Shown here one piece after another: positions 28,604 through 38,159 of a stretch of 64,000 nt of DNA; the first letter of the stretch is position 1; each line of letters opens with the position of its first letter. The stretch spans positions 32,001-96,000 of the forward strand of contig CAVUWA010000011.1 in assembly GCA_963744995.1 (NCBI GenBank), in the 5' to 3' direction. Under the pieces are notes generated by a model. It saw only the letters and a program-made list of their open reading frames with translations, was not told where the DNA came from and did no database searches. This DNA comes from Candidatus Eiseniibacteriota bacterium (GTDB taxonomy: Bacteria; Eisenbacteria; RBG-16-71-46). The translations under genes were made by a program, and so were the position numbers.

Positions 28604-30338
28604 GGGCGTTCCATCCGCCGAGGGCGTCGACGCAGGCCTTCTTCACGGGGCTGCGGCGCGACTCCGCGCCGCGTTCCAGGATCGCGCGCGCGAGCGGCGT
28701 CCCGATGCGCGCGACGATCCGGGCGAGGGCCTGCCGATGCGCCTCCTGCGCACGCGAGAACCAGCTCGTGCGGTGCAGGTCGGCTTCGATCTCGGGGAGC
28801 ACTTCGTCGCCGCCGGTGCTGGACAGCGCCGAATAGATCGCCCGCTTCTCCTCGGTCGAGCGCTGCTCGAAGCCGGGATCCTGCATCATCGCGAGCAGCA
28901 TGCGCGCGGTGAACGCATCGCGCTCGACCGACAGCTGATGCAGCACCGCCGAGAACATGCGGGCATCGGACGTGTCGAGCAGCCTGAGCAGCAGCGGGCG
29001 CGCGAGACGGAAATCCACCTGGCCGAGCGCGGCCACGACTTCGTGGCGCACGCGCACGTCGGGATGCCGCAGCACGCTCTCCAGCAGGCCGACGATGCCG
29101 TTGCCGCCGATCCAGCCGAGGATGTACACGGTGTTGCGCACCACGTACCAGCGCGGATCCGACATGTGCGGCGCCAGCCGTTCCGGGTTGTCGTGGCACA
29201 GTTCGGCCACGGCCTCGGCGAGCATGCGCCGGTTGCGCCGGTTCTGACTCTCGGCGAGCAGCAGCATCAGCCAGTCGACCGCCGCGTCGCCGAGCCCGCG
29301 CGCGAAGCCGATCATGTCGACGACCGACGAGGCGTCCATCTGGTCCATCCGCTCGACGGTGCCCGACACCGAGATCGGCTGCTGCAGCTCCTGCACGAAG
29401 TTCGAGGCGTTCCAGGCGCCCGCGTCGCATTCCTTGAGCAGGTAGGCGGCTTCGCGCGCTTCGAGCCAGCTGGCGTGGGCGACGGCCTGGCGCAGCACGC
29501 GCGGCAGGAACGCGCCGATCTCGCGGCGGTCTTCGTCGGTGAGCTCGCTGGCAAGCACCGCGTTCGCGATCGCCAGCATCGCAGTCACCGGCGTGACCGC
29601 GTGCTCGGCATGGTACTCGTCGTGGAAGCGCGCGACCTCGCCCGGTGCGAGCTCGTCGAGTTCGGCGAAACCTGCCTCGATCTCCACGGTCTGATCGCCG
29701 ACCGTCCAGTCGTCGGAACGGCCGGTGGTCGGCTCGTCCGGCTCGGCGTCCTCTTCCCCGGTCGCGCCTCCCTCCTGCGTCTCTTCCTCGCCGCCCGCAG
29801 TCGGCCACGGCACCAGCTCACCCGACTCCTGGCCGGCGGCGCCGCCGAGGTCGCCCTCCGACGGCACGTAGTCGATCTCGATGTGCTGGAGGTTCGCCTC
29901 CCAGAGCAGGGTGACCAGGTCGTCGTCGCTTTCGCGCACGCCGGTGACCCGCAGCAGCCCGTCGATCAGCGCGCCCAGCTCGCGGCCGTCGATGCCGCGC
30001 TCGAAGGTGATCGCGCGGATGCCGTCCTGGTAGAACGGCAGCGCGAAGTTGTCATCGCGCGAGCGCGCCGGATAGAGCGACACGTCCTCGTAGAACACGT
30101 CCTCCGACGTGAACCGGTAGCGCAGGGAGGACTGCTCTTGGAGCAGTTTGCGCAGCGACGAGCCCAGATCCTCGCGAAAGCGGATCACCGTGGGATTGTT
30201 CTGGTCGTAGAGACGGCAGGTCTTGAGCGTTCGCGCGAACTGATTCAGCCACGCGGAGGCCGCCTTGACGGACACGTCCTGGTCGGGCGCGCTGCCGTCC
30301 TGGGGCACGTCCTGTGTCGGCTGAATGGGATCGTTCAT
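28596..30338 (-). CDS. HEAT-repeat protein
   Basis: DPRWYVVRNTVYILG and HPDVRVRHEVVAALG HEAT/PBS-like repeats; overlaps the HD-GYP start; start codon uncertain. Confidence 0.8.
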   Translation of the reverse strand: MNDPIQPTQDVPQDGSAPDQDVSVKAASAWLNQFARTLKTCRLYDQNNPTVIRFREDLGSSLRKLLQEQSSLRYRFTSEDVFYEDVSLYPARSRDDNFALPFYQDGIRAITFERGIDGRELGALIDGLLRVTGVRESDDDLVTLLWEANLQHIEIDYVPSEGDLGGAAGQESGELVPWPTAGGEEETQEGGATGEEDAEPDEPTTGRSDDWTVGDQTVEIEAGFAELDELAPGEVARFHDEYHAEHAVTPVTAMLAIANAVLASELTDEDRREIGAFLPRVLRQAVAHASWLEAREAAYLLKECDAGAWNASNFVQELQQPISVSGTVERMDQMDASSVVDMIGFARGLGDAAVDWLMLLLAESQNRRNRRMLAEAVAELCHDNPERLAPHMSDPRWYVVRNTVYILGWIGGNGIVGLLESVLRHPDVRVRHEVVAALGQVDFRLARPLLLRLLDTSDARMFSAVLHQLSVERDAFTARMLLAMMQDPGFEQRSTEEKRAIYSALSSTGGDEVLPEIEADLHRTSWFSRAQEAHRQALARIVARIGTPLARAILERGAESRRSPVKKACVDALGGWNARD

Positions 30339-30704
30339 GGATGAGGTCGGCGCTGTCGACGGAACCGGATGCCGATGGCATGCGACGCGCGCATGCCGCG
30401 ACGCCCCGCGTCCGGGGCGTCCATGGACCGGCCTTTCCCGGTATCGGCGTGGCGGCCGATTCCCTTGAACCGCAATCGCACGGCCGGCGCGGTTCGCGGC
30501 GCCGAATACGGTGCGGCGGGGCCGCCGGGCGCGGCGCGTGACCGGCGCCGGAGACCGCGCCCGAGACCGGGTCGCGAGGCGGCCCGGCGTAGCGCGCGGA
30601 TCGAAACGGAGCGGCGAACCCGTCCCGGGCGGCTCGCACTGACAATCTGTCCGTGGTGGAACTCCACAACCCTTTCGCGGGTATGGCGTTTCGTCTCCGG
30701 CTCG

Positions 30705-30720
30705 TGGCACGTCCATTGCG
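30705..30720 (+). promoter_or_regulatory. Sigma54 (-24/-12) promoter of the cytochrome operon
   Basis: TGGCACG-TCCA-TTGCG matches consensus TGGCACG-N4-TTGC exactly, about 60 nt upstream of the first gene. Confidence 0.75.
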
Positions 30721-30777
30721 GTCGCAACGGCCCCTGTGGCGTCACAACCTGTAACTCCATTGAAGAGCGAGGATTTC

Positions 30778-31731
30778 GTGTCCGAGCCGGCTCTTGCAGA
30801 CGGACCGCGCCCGGCGATATCGGTCGTTCAGCCGCCCAAAACCGTGCAGAAAGCACGAACGGGCCCGAGGGCCGACTGGGTCGCGCTCGCGCTGCTCGTC
30901 GCGGTCCCCCTCGCCCTGACCGTCTGGGGCCGGGCGTACTACGGCGCTCCGGTCGAGGCGCGGGTGCGCAACGGCCTGCATCCCCTGTTGCGCTCCTCGG
31001 GGCTGGTCGGTCAGAGCCTCGGGCTCGCGGGCCTCGCGATGTTCCTGTTCATGTGGCTCTACCCGATCCGCAAGAGCGTGCGCGCCTTCGCACGGCTCGG
31101 CTCGCTGGCCGCCTGGCTGCGCATTCACGTCGTCATCGGGCTCGCGCTGCCGGTCGTCGTGGCGGTCCACGCCGGCTGGCGTTTCAACGGTCTCGTCGGC
31201 CTCGGCTACCTGTCCATGGTCATCGTGTGCGCGAGCGGCATCATCGGCCGTTACCTCTACGCCAGCATGCCGCGGCGCCGCGACGGTCTCGACATGTCGC
31301 GCGAGGAAGTCGTGAACCGCCGCCGCACGCTCGTGACGGAGATCGCCGCGCATCTGGACCTGACGCCGCTCGAGGTCGAGCACGCGCTCGAGTCGATCCA
31401 GCGCCCCGAGCCCGCGAAGGGCCTCGCCGGCTCGGTGCGCCGCCTCCTGACCGACGGCTTCATGCGCGCCCGCGCGTTGCGCCGGCTGCGGACGACGTGG
31501 CTCGCGCCGCGTGCCGGCCGCGCCGCGCTCGACCGCAGAACGCTCGATCAGGCCATGGCGCTCGCCAGTCAGGAGATCCGCTTCGGCCAGCAGCTGCAGA
31601 TGCTCGCATTCACGCAGCGCATCTTCCACTACTGGCACGTCGCCCACCGCCCGTTCGCGATCACCGCGCTCGTCGCGGTGCTCGTGCACGTCGCGGTCGC
31701 GTACTTCACGGGCGCGACCTTCCTCGGCTGA
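30778..31731 (+). CDS. Inner-membrane protein with conserved TM histidines (ferric-reductase/cytochrome b-like)
   Basis: About 5 TM segments; WLRIHVVIG, VAVHAG, YWHVAHRP, VLVHV; GAGG then GTG at 30778. Confidence 0.72.
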   Translation: MSEPALADGPRPAISVVQPPKTVQKARTGPRADWVALALLVAVPLALTVWGRAYYGAPVEARVRNGLHPLLRSSGLVGQSLGLAGLAMFLFMWLYPIRKSVRAFARLGSLAAWLRIHVVIGLALPVVVAVHAGWRFNGLVGLGYLSMVIVCASGIIGRYLYASMPRRRDGLDMSREEVVNRRRTLVTEIAAHLDLTPLEVEHALESIQRPEPAKGLAGSVRRLLTDGFMRARALRRLRTTWLAPRAGRAALDRRTLDQAMALASQEIRFGQQLQMLAFTQRIFHYWHVAHRPFAITALVAVLVHVAVAYFTGATFLG

Positions 31732-31732
31732 C

Positions 31733-33184
31733 ATGCTGATCTCGATTGCGGCCTTCGTGCTGATCACCGCGATCAGCGTCTGGTTGCACGTGCGCGCGGG
31801 GACCCCGGGTCCGAAGTCCGCGGCCGGCCCCGCGTGCCCGCGTTGCCGCACGCCGCTGCCGCCCGGGGCCGACGCGTGCCCGGCGTGCGGCGTGCCGCTG
31901 CAGGCGCTCGAGCTGGTGGCCGCACCGATCGCGGACGAGCCGGAACCGGCCGCGGCGGCCGACGCCACCGCGCCGCAGGCGATGCACGCGATGGTCCGCG
32001 CGGACGTATGCGTGGGCTGCGGCGCCTGCGTGCCGGTGTGCCCGGAGCCCGGTGCGATCCGGCTCGAGCACAAGCTGGCGATCGTGAACACCGACCTCTG
32101 CAAGGGGCATGGCGAGTGCGTCGCCGCCTGCCCGGTGGGCGGCATCCTGCTGACCTCGGGCGATGCGGTGCAGCGCATCGAGACGCCCGACCTCGACGTC
32201 TACTTCCAGTCCAACGTGCCCGGGCTCTACGTGGTCGGCGAGCTCGGCGGCCGCGGACTCATCAAGAACGCGGTGAACGAGGGCAAGCTCGCGGTCGAGC
32301 ACGTCGCCAGGCAGATCCGCGGCAACAGCCTGTTCGCGCGGCGCAGCGGCGACGTCTACGACGTCGCGATCGTCGGCTCGGGCCCGGCCGGTTTGAGTGC
32401 CGGCCTCGAAGCGCTGCGCGCCGGTCTGCGCTACGCCCTGCTCGAGCAGGGCGATCTGTCGGATACGATCCGCCGCTACCCGCGCCACAAGCTGCTGCTC
32501 GCCGAGCCGGTGCGCATGCCGCTCTACGGCGATCTCTGGGTCGCCGACGCGTCGAAGGAGTCGCTGCTCCAAGTCTGGGACACCATGATTCGCCGCACCG
32601 GCCTGCGCGTGCACACGCAGCAGCGCGTCGCGGGCGTCGAATGGCGCGGCGACCGGTTCGTGCTCGCCACCCCCGATCGCGAGTGGCACGCCCACCACGT
32701 CGTGCTCGCGCTCGGCCGGCGCGGGACGCCGCGCCGCCTGGCCGTCCCCGGCGAGGAGCGCCCGAAGGTGTTCTACGACATCGTGGAGATGGAGGCCTTC
32801 GCCGGCGCGCACGTGCTGGTGGTCGGCGGCGGCGACAGCGCGGTCGAGTCGGCCGTGGGGCTGGCCAACCAGGCGCACACGACGGTGACGCTCAGCTACC
32901 GCGGCGACGCGTGCTCGCGGGTGAAGGCGCGCAACGTCGAGAAGCTCGAGGCCGAGATCGCGCGCGGCCGGATCCGCATGCTCTACGGCAGCCAGGTGCT
33001 GGAGATCGGCGAGCAGGACGTCACGCTCGACGTGCGGGGCGAGCGGCTCACGCTGCCCAACGAATACGTCATCGTCCGCATCGGCGGTGTGGCGCCGTAC
33101 GGATTCCTCGAGCGGATCGGCGTGCGCATCGTGACGCGCGAACTGTCGCTCGGGCAGGCCGCGCAGGCGGCCGCGGGAGCATGA
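31733..33184 (+). CDS. Membrane-anchored zinc ribbon + 2x[4Fe-4S] + FAD/NAD(P)-dependent TrxR-fold oxidoreductase
   Basis: N-terminal TM helix; CPRC-X10-CPAC; CVGCGACVPVCP and CKGHGECVAACP; GSGPAG (FAD), GGGDSA (NAD(P)), PGLYVVGE. Confidence 0.87.
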   Translation: MLISIAAFVLITAISVWLHVRAGTPGPKSAAGPACPRCRTPLPPGADACPACGVPLQALELVAAPIADEPEPAAAADATAPQAMHAMVRADVCVGCGACVPVCPEPGAIRLEHKLAIVNTDLCKGHGECVAACPVGGILLTSGDAVQRIETPDLDVYFQSNVPGLYVVGELGGRGLIKNAVNEGKLAVEHVARQIRGNSLFARRSGDVYDVAIVGSGPAGLSAGLEALRAGLRYALLEQGDLSDTIRRYPRHKLLLAEPVRMPLYGDLWVADASKESLLQVWDTMIRRTGLRVHTQQRVAGVEWRGDRFVLATPDREWHAHHVVLALGRRGTPRRLAVPGEERPKVFYDIVEMEAFAGAHVLVVGGGDSAVESAVGLANQAHTTVTLSYRGDACSRVKARNVEKLEAEIARGRIRMLYGSQVLEIGEQDVTLDVRGERLTLPNEYVIVRIGGVAPYGFLERIGVRIVTRELSLGQAAQAAAGA

Positions 33185-33191
33185 GCGGACC

Positions 33192-35030
33192 ATGCGCACG
33201 CTCCGGGTCATGCTCGCCCTCGCTCTGGCGGCGGCATCGGGAGCCGGTGTGGCCCGTGCGCAGATCTCGCCGGGGCCGCTGGCTCGGGCACACGCCGATC
33301 TCGACGGCTCGACGAACTGCCTCAAGTGCCACGTGCGGGGCGAGCCGATGAGCAACCGCTGCATGAGCTGCCACACCGAAATCGCCGGGGCGCGGAAGGC
33401 GCGCCGCGGCCTGCATGGTGGCAAGGCGACCGGTGCGTGCGAGAGCTGCCACCCGGATCATGCCGGCCGCGACTTCGCACTGATCCAGTGGGAAGGCGGC
33501 TCGAAGGAATCGTTCGACCACGCACAGGTCGGATGGGCGCTGGAAGGCGCGCACGCGAAGACCGCATGCGCCGACTGCCACAAGCCGGCGTTCCAGCAGC
33601 CGGAAGCGGCCGCGCGCATCCGGATCAAGGACCGCACGCGCAGCTACCTGGCGCTCGACACCCGCTGCAACACCTGCCATGAGGATCCGCACAAGAACCG
33701 CTTCGGCACGGAGTGCTCGAAGTGCCACGGCACCGCGTCCTGGGAGAAGGTGCGCGAGGACGGCTTCGACCACGAGCTCACCCGCTACCCGCTGCGCGGG
33801 CGCCACGCGAAGCTGGAATGCGCGGCGTGCCACGACGAGAACAAGGCCTGGGGGGCGAAGCCCGCGTTCGCCGCGTGCGGCGACTGTCACGCCGACGCGC
33901 ACGCCGGCCGGGCGCAGCTCGCCGGCCGGCCGGCCGACTGCGCCGCCTGCCACGACGTGCGTGGCTTCACACCCTCGACCATGCCGCTCGCCGAGCACGC
34001 GAAGACCGCATATCCGCTCGAGGGCCGCCACGCGAAGGTGGCATGCGCCCGCTGCCACCCGAAGGCCGCCCCCGCCGCACGCGCGGGGCACGGCACTGCG
34101 GGCGTGATCATGCGGCCGGGGTACGCGGCCTGCACGAGCTGCCACGCCGATGCGCATGGCGGCCAGCTCGCCGGGAAGGACGCGGCGTGCGGGCGCTGCC
34201 ACGACGTGCGCGGTTTCAAGCCGAGCCGTTTCGGCGTCGCCGAGCACGCGCGCAGCGGATATGCCCTCACCGGCGCCCACGCGGACGCGGCATGTGCCAC
34301 CTGCCACGGCGCCGCCCGCAGGGATCTGCCGGCTCCCGCCCGCGCGGCCGGCGCCGGCCAGGCGAAGTTCGTCTTCGCGATCGCCGAGCGCGCCTGCGCC
34401 GACTGCCACGCGGACGTGCATGCTGGATCCCTCACCGGCGCGCAGAAGGACGACCGCGGCTGCGCCGGCTGCCACGACACCCGGCACTTCGAACCCTCCG
34501 CAGTCGATGCGGCCATGCACGACCGGTACGATTTCCGTCTCGAAGGCGCGCACCGCGCGGTGCCCTGTGTGGCGTGCCACGAGAGCCTCGAGACCCGTCT
34601 GCGCGGCGCCGTGCTCAAAGGGGTCGCCCGGAAGACGACCCCCATCACGTTCGCGCACGAGGACCGCACCTGCGCCGGTTGCCACGCCAACCCGCACGGC
34701 GACCAGTTCGCGGCCCGCAAGGGCGGCCGCGCGTGCGAGACCTGTCACGACGTCGAGCAGTTCGAGCCGGCCTCGAAGTTCGAGCACGACCGTGACGCGA
34801 AGTTCAAGCTGGAGGGCGTGCACGCGCGAATCGCGTGCGCCGCCTGTCACAGGCCGGCCGGCCGCGGCAGCAACGCCAGCGTCGTCTACCGGGGCACGCC
34901 GACGGCGTGCGAAGCCTGTCACCAGGCGGGAACGAACGGCGGTTCGCCCCGCCCCGATGGTTCATCGTCGCGCTCCACGGGATCCGTCCCTGCCGCCCTC
35001 CGGGCGGCGCACGCGCGGGGAGGTGTCTGA
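33192..35030 (+). CDS. Periplasmic multiheme cytochrome c, 20 CxxCH motifs
   Basis: Signal peptide ending ARA-Q; 20 CxxCH counted by hand, in triheme repeats with H-x-LxGxH motifs. Confidence 0.93.
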   Translation: MRTLRVMLALALAAASGAGVARAQISPGPLARAHADLDGSTNCLKCHVRGEPMSNRCMSCHTEIAGARKARRGLHGGKATGACESCHPDHAGRDFALIQWEGGSKESFDHAQVGWALEGAHAKTACADCHKPAFQQPEAAARIRIKDRTRSYLALDTRCNTCHEDPHKNRFGTECSKCHGTASWEKVREDGFDHELTRYPLRGRHAKLECAACHDENKAWGAKPAFAACGDCHADAHAGRAQLAGRPADCAACHDVRGFTPSTMPLAEHAKTAYPLEGRHAKVACARCHPKAAPAARAGHGTAGVIMRPGYAACTSCHADAHGGQLAGKDAACGRCHDVRGFKPSRFGVAEHARSGYALTGAHADAACATCHGAARRDLPAPARAAGAGQAKFVFAIAERACADCHADVHAGSLTGAQKDDRGCAGCHDTRHFEPSAVDAAMHDRYDFRLEGAHRAVPCVACHESLETRLRGAVLKGVARKTTPITFAHEDRTCAGCHANPHGDQFAARKGGRACETCHDVEQFEPASKFEHDRDAKFKLEGVHARIACAACHRPAGRGSNASVVYRGTPTACEACHQAGTNGGSPRPDGSSSRSTGSVPAALRAAHARGGV

Positions 35031-36355
35031 TGCACGAGTCGACGCACGGATCGATGCGCACGAGCCCGGGACGGCGATTCCGTTTCGCCCGCGCCTTGGC
35101 GGTGGTGCTGATGGTCGCTCCACTCGCGGCGCTGGTGGCGCGTGCGGCCACGCGCGATCAGAAACCCGACCACTACCCGCACGGCTCGTTCAAGGGCGAG
35201 TGCTCCGACTGTCACGGCGCCCAGGGCTGGAAGCCCGCGCGCTTCAGCCGCAAGTTCAACCACGCGAAGTTCGGCTTCGCGCTAAGCGGCGCGCACGCCG
35301 CCGCCGACTGCCGGAGCTGCCACGTGTCGCTGGACTTCTCGGTCGAGAAGACGCGCTGCGAGTCGTGTCACGCCGATCCGCACCACGACGAGCTGGGGTC
35401 GGACTGCGCGCGCTGCCACACGCCGCGCAGCTTCATCGATCGCAGCGGCATGGTGCGCGCGCACCAGCTCACGCGCTTCCCGCTCACCGGCAGCCACACG
35501 GCGGTCGAGTGCGAGAGCTGCCACAGGCCCGCCGCGGCCGGGCAGATGCAGTTCGTGAACGTGGACGCCGCGTGCATCGGCTGCCATCGGGCCGAGTTCC
35601 AGTCCGCGAAGGAGCCCGATCACACCGGCTCCGGTTTCCCGACCGATTGCACGTCGTGTCACTCCACGATCTCGTGGCAGGGCGGCCGTTTCGATCACGC
35701 CCGCGTCGCCGGCACGCCGTGCACCCAGTGCCACCTCCCCGACTACCAGGCGACCACGGATCCGGACCACCAGGCGGCCGGGATTCCGCTCGAGTGCCAG
35801 AGCTGCCATTCGACGCTCGCCTGGCAGCCGGCGACCTTCGACCACGCCGCGGTGGCGGGCCAGGCCTGCACCCAGTGCCACATGGCCGACTACCAGGCCA
35901 CGACCGACCCGAATCACGGCGCCAACGGCTTCCCGCTCGCGTGCGAGTCGTGTCACTCCACCACCGCCTGGCAGCCGGCGTCGTTCGACCACGCGTCGGT
36001 CGCCGGCACGCCGTGCGCCTCGTGTCACACCGCCGACTACCAGGCGACCACGAATCCGGTCCACTCGAGCTCGGGCTTCCCGATGACCTGCGGCGACTGC
36101 CATGGCACGACCACATGGCTCGGCGCGACGTTCGATCACGATCCGTGGTTCCCGATCTACTCGGGGAGACACGCCGGAACCTGGAACGACTGCTCGGACT
36201 GTCACCAGATGCAGAACGACTTTTCGAACTTCACGTGCCTGACCTGTCACCCGCACGACAACCGGACCGAAACCGACGGCCACCACAGCGGCATGTCGGG
36301 CTACCGCTACGACAGCCAGGCGTGCTACTCCTGCCACCCGCGGGGGCGCACCTGA
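35030..36355 (+). CDS. Exported multiheme cytochrome c, 16 CxxCH motifs
   Basis: ATG overlaps the previous stop (TGATG), GGAGGT RBS; signal peptide; 16 CxxCH counted by hand. Confidence 0.92.
   Translation: MHESTHGSMRTSPGRRFRFARALAVVLMVAPLAALVARAATRDQKPDHYPHGSFKGECSDCHGAQGWKPARFSRKFNHAKFGFALSGAHAAADCRSCHVSLDFSVEKTRCESCHADPHHDELGSDCARCHTPRSFIDRSGMVRAHQLTRFPLTGSHTAVECESCHRPAAAGQMQFVNVDAACIGCHRAEFQSAKEPDHTGSGFPTDCTSCHSTISWQGGRFDHARVAGTPCTQCHLPDYQATTDPDHQAAGIPLECQSCHSTLAWQPATFDHAAVAGQACTQCHMADYQATTDPNHGANGFPLACESCHSTTAWQPASFDHASVAGTPCASCHTADYQATTNPVHSSSGFPMTCGDCHGTTTWLGATFDHDPWFPIYSGRHAGTWNDCSDCHQMQNDFSNFTCLTCHPHDNRTETDGHHSGMSGYRYDSQACYSCHPRGRT
35648..36088 (+). repeat. Three tandem 147-bp intragenic repeats, each encoding a 49-aa di-heme unit
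   Basis: CxxCH codons begin at 35648, 35795, 35942 and 36089 (period 147); recurring GACTACCAGGC, TGGCAG and TTCGAYCACG. Confidence 0.85.
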
Positions 36356-38013
36356 TGCGGCGCCGGGGCCTGGCCGCGTCGCCGGCGGGCGTCGCGTGGC
36401 TCGTCCTGTTCGCGTGCGCCGCGTGGCCGGCACGCGCGGCGGCCGCGGACGCCGGCGGGGTCGCGGTGCCGGCGCCGGCCGCGCCGCGGATCGCCACGAC
36501 GAAGGTCGTCTACCTCGCCGGCGGCTCGGTGTACGTCGAGGCCGGGCGCCGCGACGGGATCGCCGAGGGTGATACGCTGGAGGTGCTGCGCGGCGCGCGC
36601 ACGATCGCCCGGCTGATCGTGACCGCGGTTTCGTCGCGCCGCGCGGCGTGCGACACGTTCGCGGTCGCGCTCGCTCCCGGGATCGGCGACCCGGTGCGCT
36701 ACACCGCCGCTCCGGCGCCGGCCGGGACGCCGGCGTCCACGGCGCCCGTTTCACTGCGGCCGCCGTCTTCCGAGGCCGAAGCCGGCGCCACGCCCCGCGC
36801 CGACGGCACGGCCGCGAAGCCGCGCCGCGGCGCGCGCGGGCGCCCCTGGCGCGGCCGCGTGGCGCTGCGCTACCTGTCGGTGGATCCCGGCGCGGGCGGG
36901 GGGTATACGCAGCCCGCGCTCGACGTGCGCGCGGACGGACGCGGCGCCGGTGCGACCCCGCTCGACCTGTCCGTCGATCTGCGCAGCCGGCGCACCTACC
37001 GCGGCGACCGCCAGGAGGACGTGGCGCGCGTCTACCGTGCGCTCGTCGCCGTCGGCGCGCCCGGCGAGCGGCGCCTCACCCTCGGCCGCCAGCTCTCCCC
37101 CGCCCTCTCGGCGGTAAGCGTGTTCGACGGCGCGCTGTTCGAGACCGCCGCGCACGGCCGGTGGCGGGCCGGAGCATTCGCCGGCACGCAGCCCGAGCCC
37201 GTCCGTTACCGTCCCTCGGGCGAGATCTTCGAAGCCGGCGCGTTCGCCGAGGCGCGCGCCACGCACGGCCCGCGCCACAGCTGGACGCTCACGATGGGCG
37301 CGGTGAACTCGCTCGCGCACGGCCAGGTGAACCGGCAGTTCGGGTTCGTGAACGGATTCTTCGTGCGGCCGAAGCTCATGCTCACCGGCACCCAGGAAAT
37401 CGATCTCAACACGGGCTGGCGGCGCACGATGGGCGACCCGGCGCTGTCGTTCTCGAGCACGTTCCTGTCGGCGCGCGCCGAGCTGCTGCACGGGCTCACG
37501 TTCTCGACCGGCTACGACGGCCGGCGCAGCGTGCGACTGTGGCGCGACCGCCTGACCCCGGAGACGGAGTTCGACGACGCCTATCGCCGCGGCGTGTGGA
37601 GCGGGCTCTCCGGCGAAGCCTTCGGCCACGTGCGGCTGACGGTGGACGGTCGCTGGAACGGCAGCGGCAGCCAGCGCTGGCGCTCGCAGTCGGCTTCGGC
37701 CGAGCTGTTCTCGCTGCCGCCCTTCGCCGCGCGCGTGCGATATCGGGTGACCACGTACCGCAACGATGTCACGCGCGGCGCGCTGCACGCCGCCGGGGTC
37801 GGGTTCGATCCGCTCACGCTCCTGCACCTGGAGTGGAACGCCGGCGTGCGGACCTCGCGCGACGACTTCAGCGAGAGCCGCACGGACTGGCAGTCGCTCG
37901 ACGCCGATCTCCATCTCACCCGCCGCGCCTACCTGATGATGACCGCGGAATGGGATCGCGGCGACGGCTTCGACGCGCGCCAGGCGCAGGCCGGCCTCTC
38001 CTGGATCTTCTGA
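36355..38013 (+). CDS. Probable outer-membrane beta-barrel (porin) with a small N-terminal beta domain
   Basis: ATG overlaps the previous stop; signal peptide; Pro/Ala linker; many alternating amphipathic strands; C-terminal AGLSWIF beta-signal. Confidence 0.72.
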   Translation: MRRRGLAASPAGVAWLVLFACAAWPARAAAADAGGVAVPAPAAPRIATTKVVYLAGGSVYVEAGRRDGIAEGDTLEVLRGARTIARLIVTAVSSRRAACDTFAVALAPGIGDPVRYTAAPAPAGTPASTAPVSLRPPSSEAEAGATPRADGTAAKPRRGARGRPWRGRVALRYLSVDPGAGGGYTQPALDVRADGRGAGATPLDLSVDLRSRRTYRGDRQEDVARVYRALVAVGAPGERRLTLGRQLSPALSAVSVFDGALFETAAHGRWRAGAFAGTQPEPVRYRPSGEIFEAGAFAEARATHGPRHSWTLTMGAVNSLAHGQVNRQFGFVNGFFVRPKLMLTGTQEIDLNTGWRRTMGDPALSFSSTFLSARAELLHGLTFSTGYDGRRSVRLWRDRLTPETEFDDAYRRGVWSGLSGEAFGHVRLTVDGRWNGSGSQRWRSQSASAELFSLPPFAARVRYRVTTYRNDVTRGALHAAGVGFDPLTLLHLEWNAGVRTSRDDFSESRTDWQSLDADLHLTRRAYLMMTAEWDRGDGFDARQAQAGLSWIF

Positions 38014-38159
38014 GCGCCTCGGCCGGCCGGCCGCCGTCGCATTGGGGATTTCGCCGCGCTCTGGCATGCTCGCCGCGGCACATACCGGCGCCCCGCCCGT
38101 GCGGGGCGCGCCGCGGGCCGCGGCCACATCACCTTCGAACCCACGCGACGGAGATCCGC

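Noticed and set aside
35648..36140. Periodic repeats considered as a CRISPR array
   Set aside because: In-frame, degenerate 147-bp coding repeats inside a cytochrome gene; no unique spacers and no cas genes
38062..38076. TGGCATG-N4-CCGC upstream of doxX
   Set aside because: Spacing fits but the TT before GC is missing; likely chance in high-GC DNA
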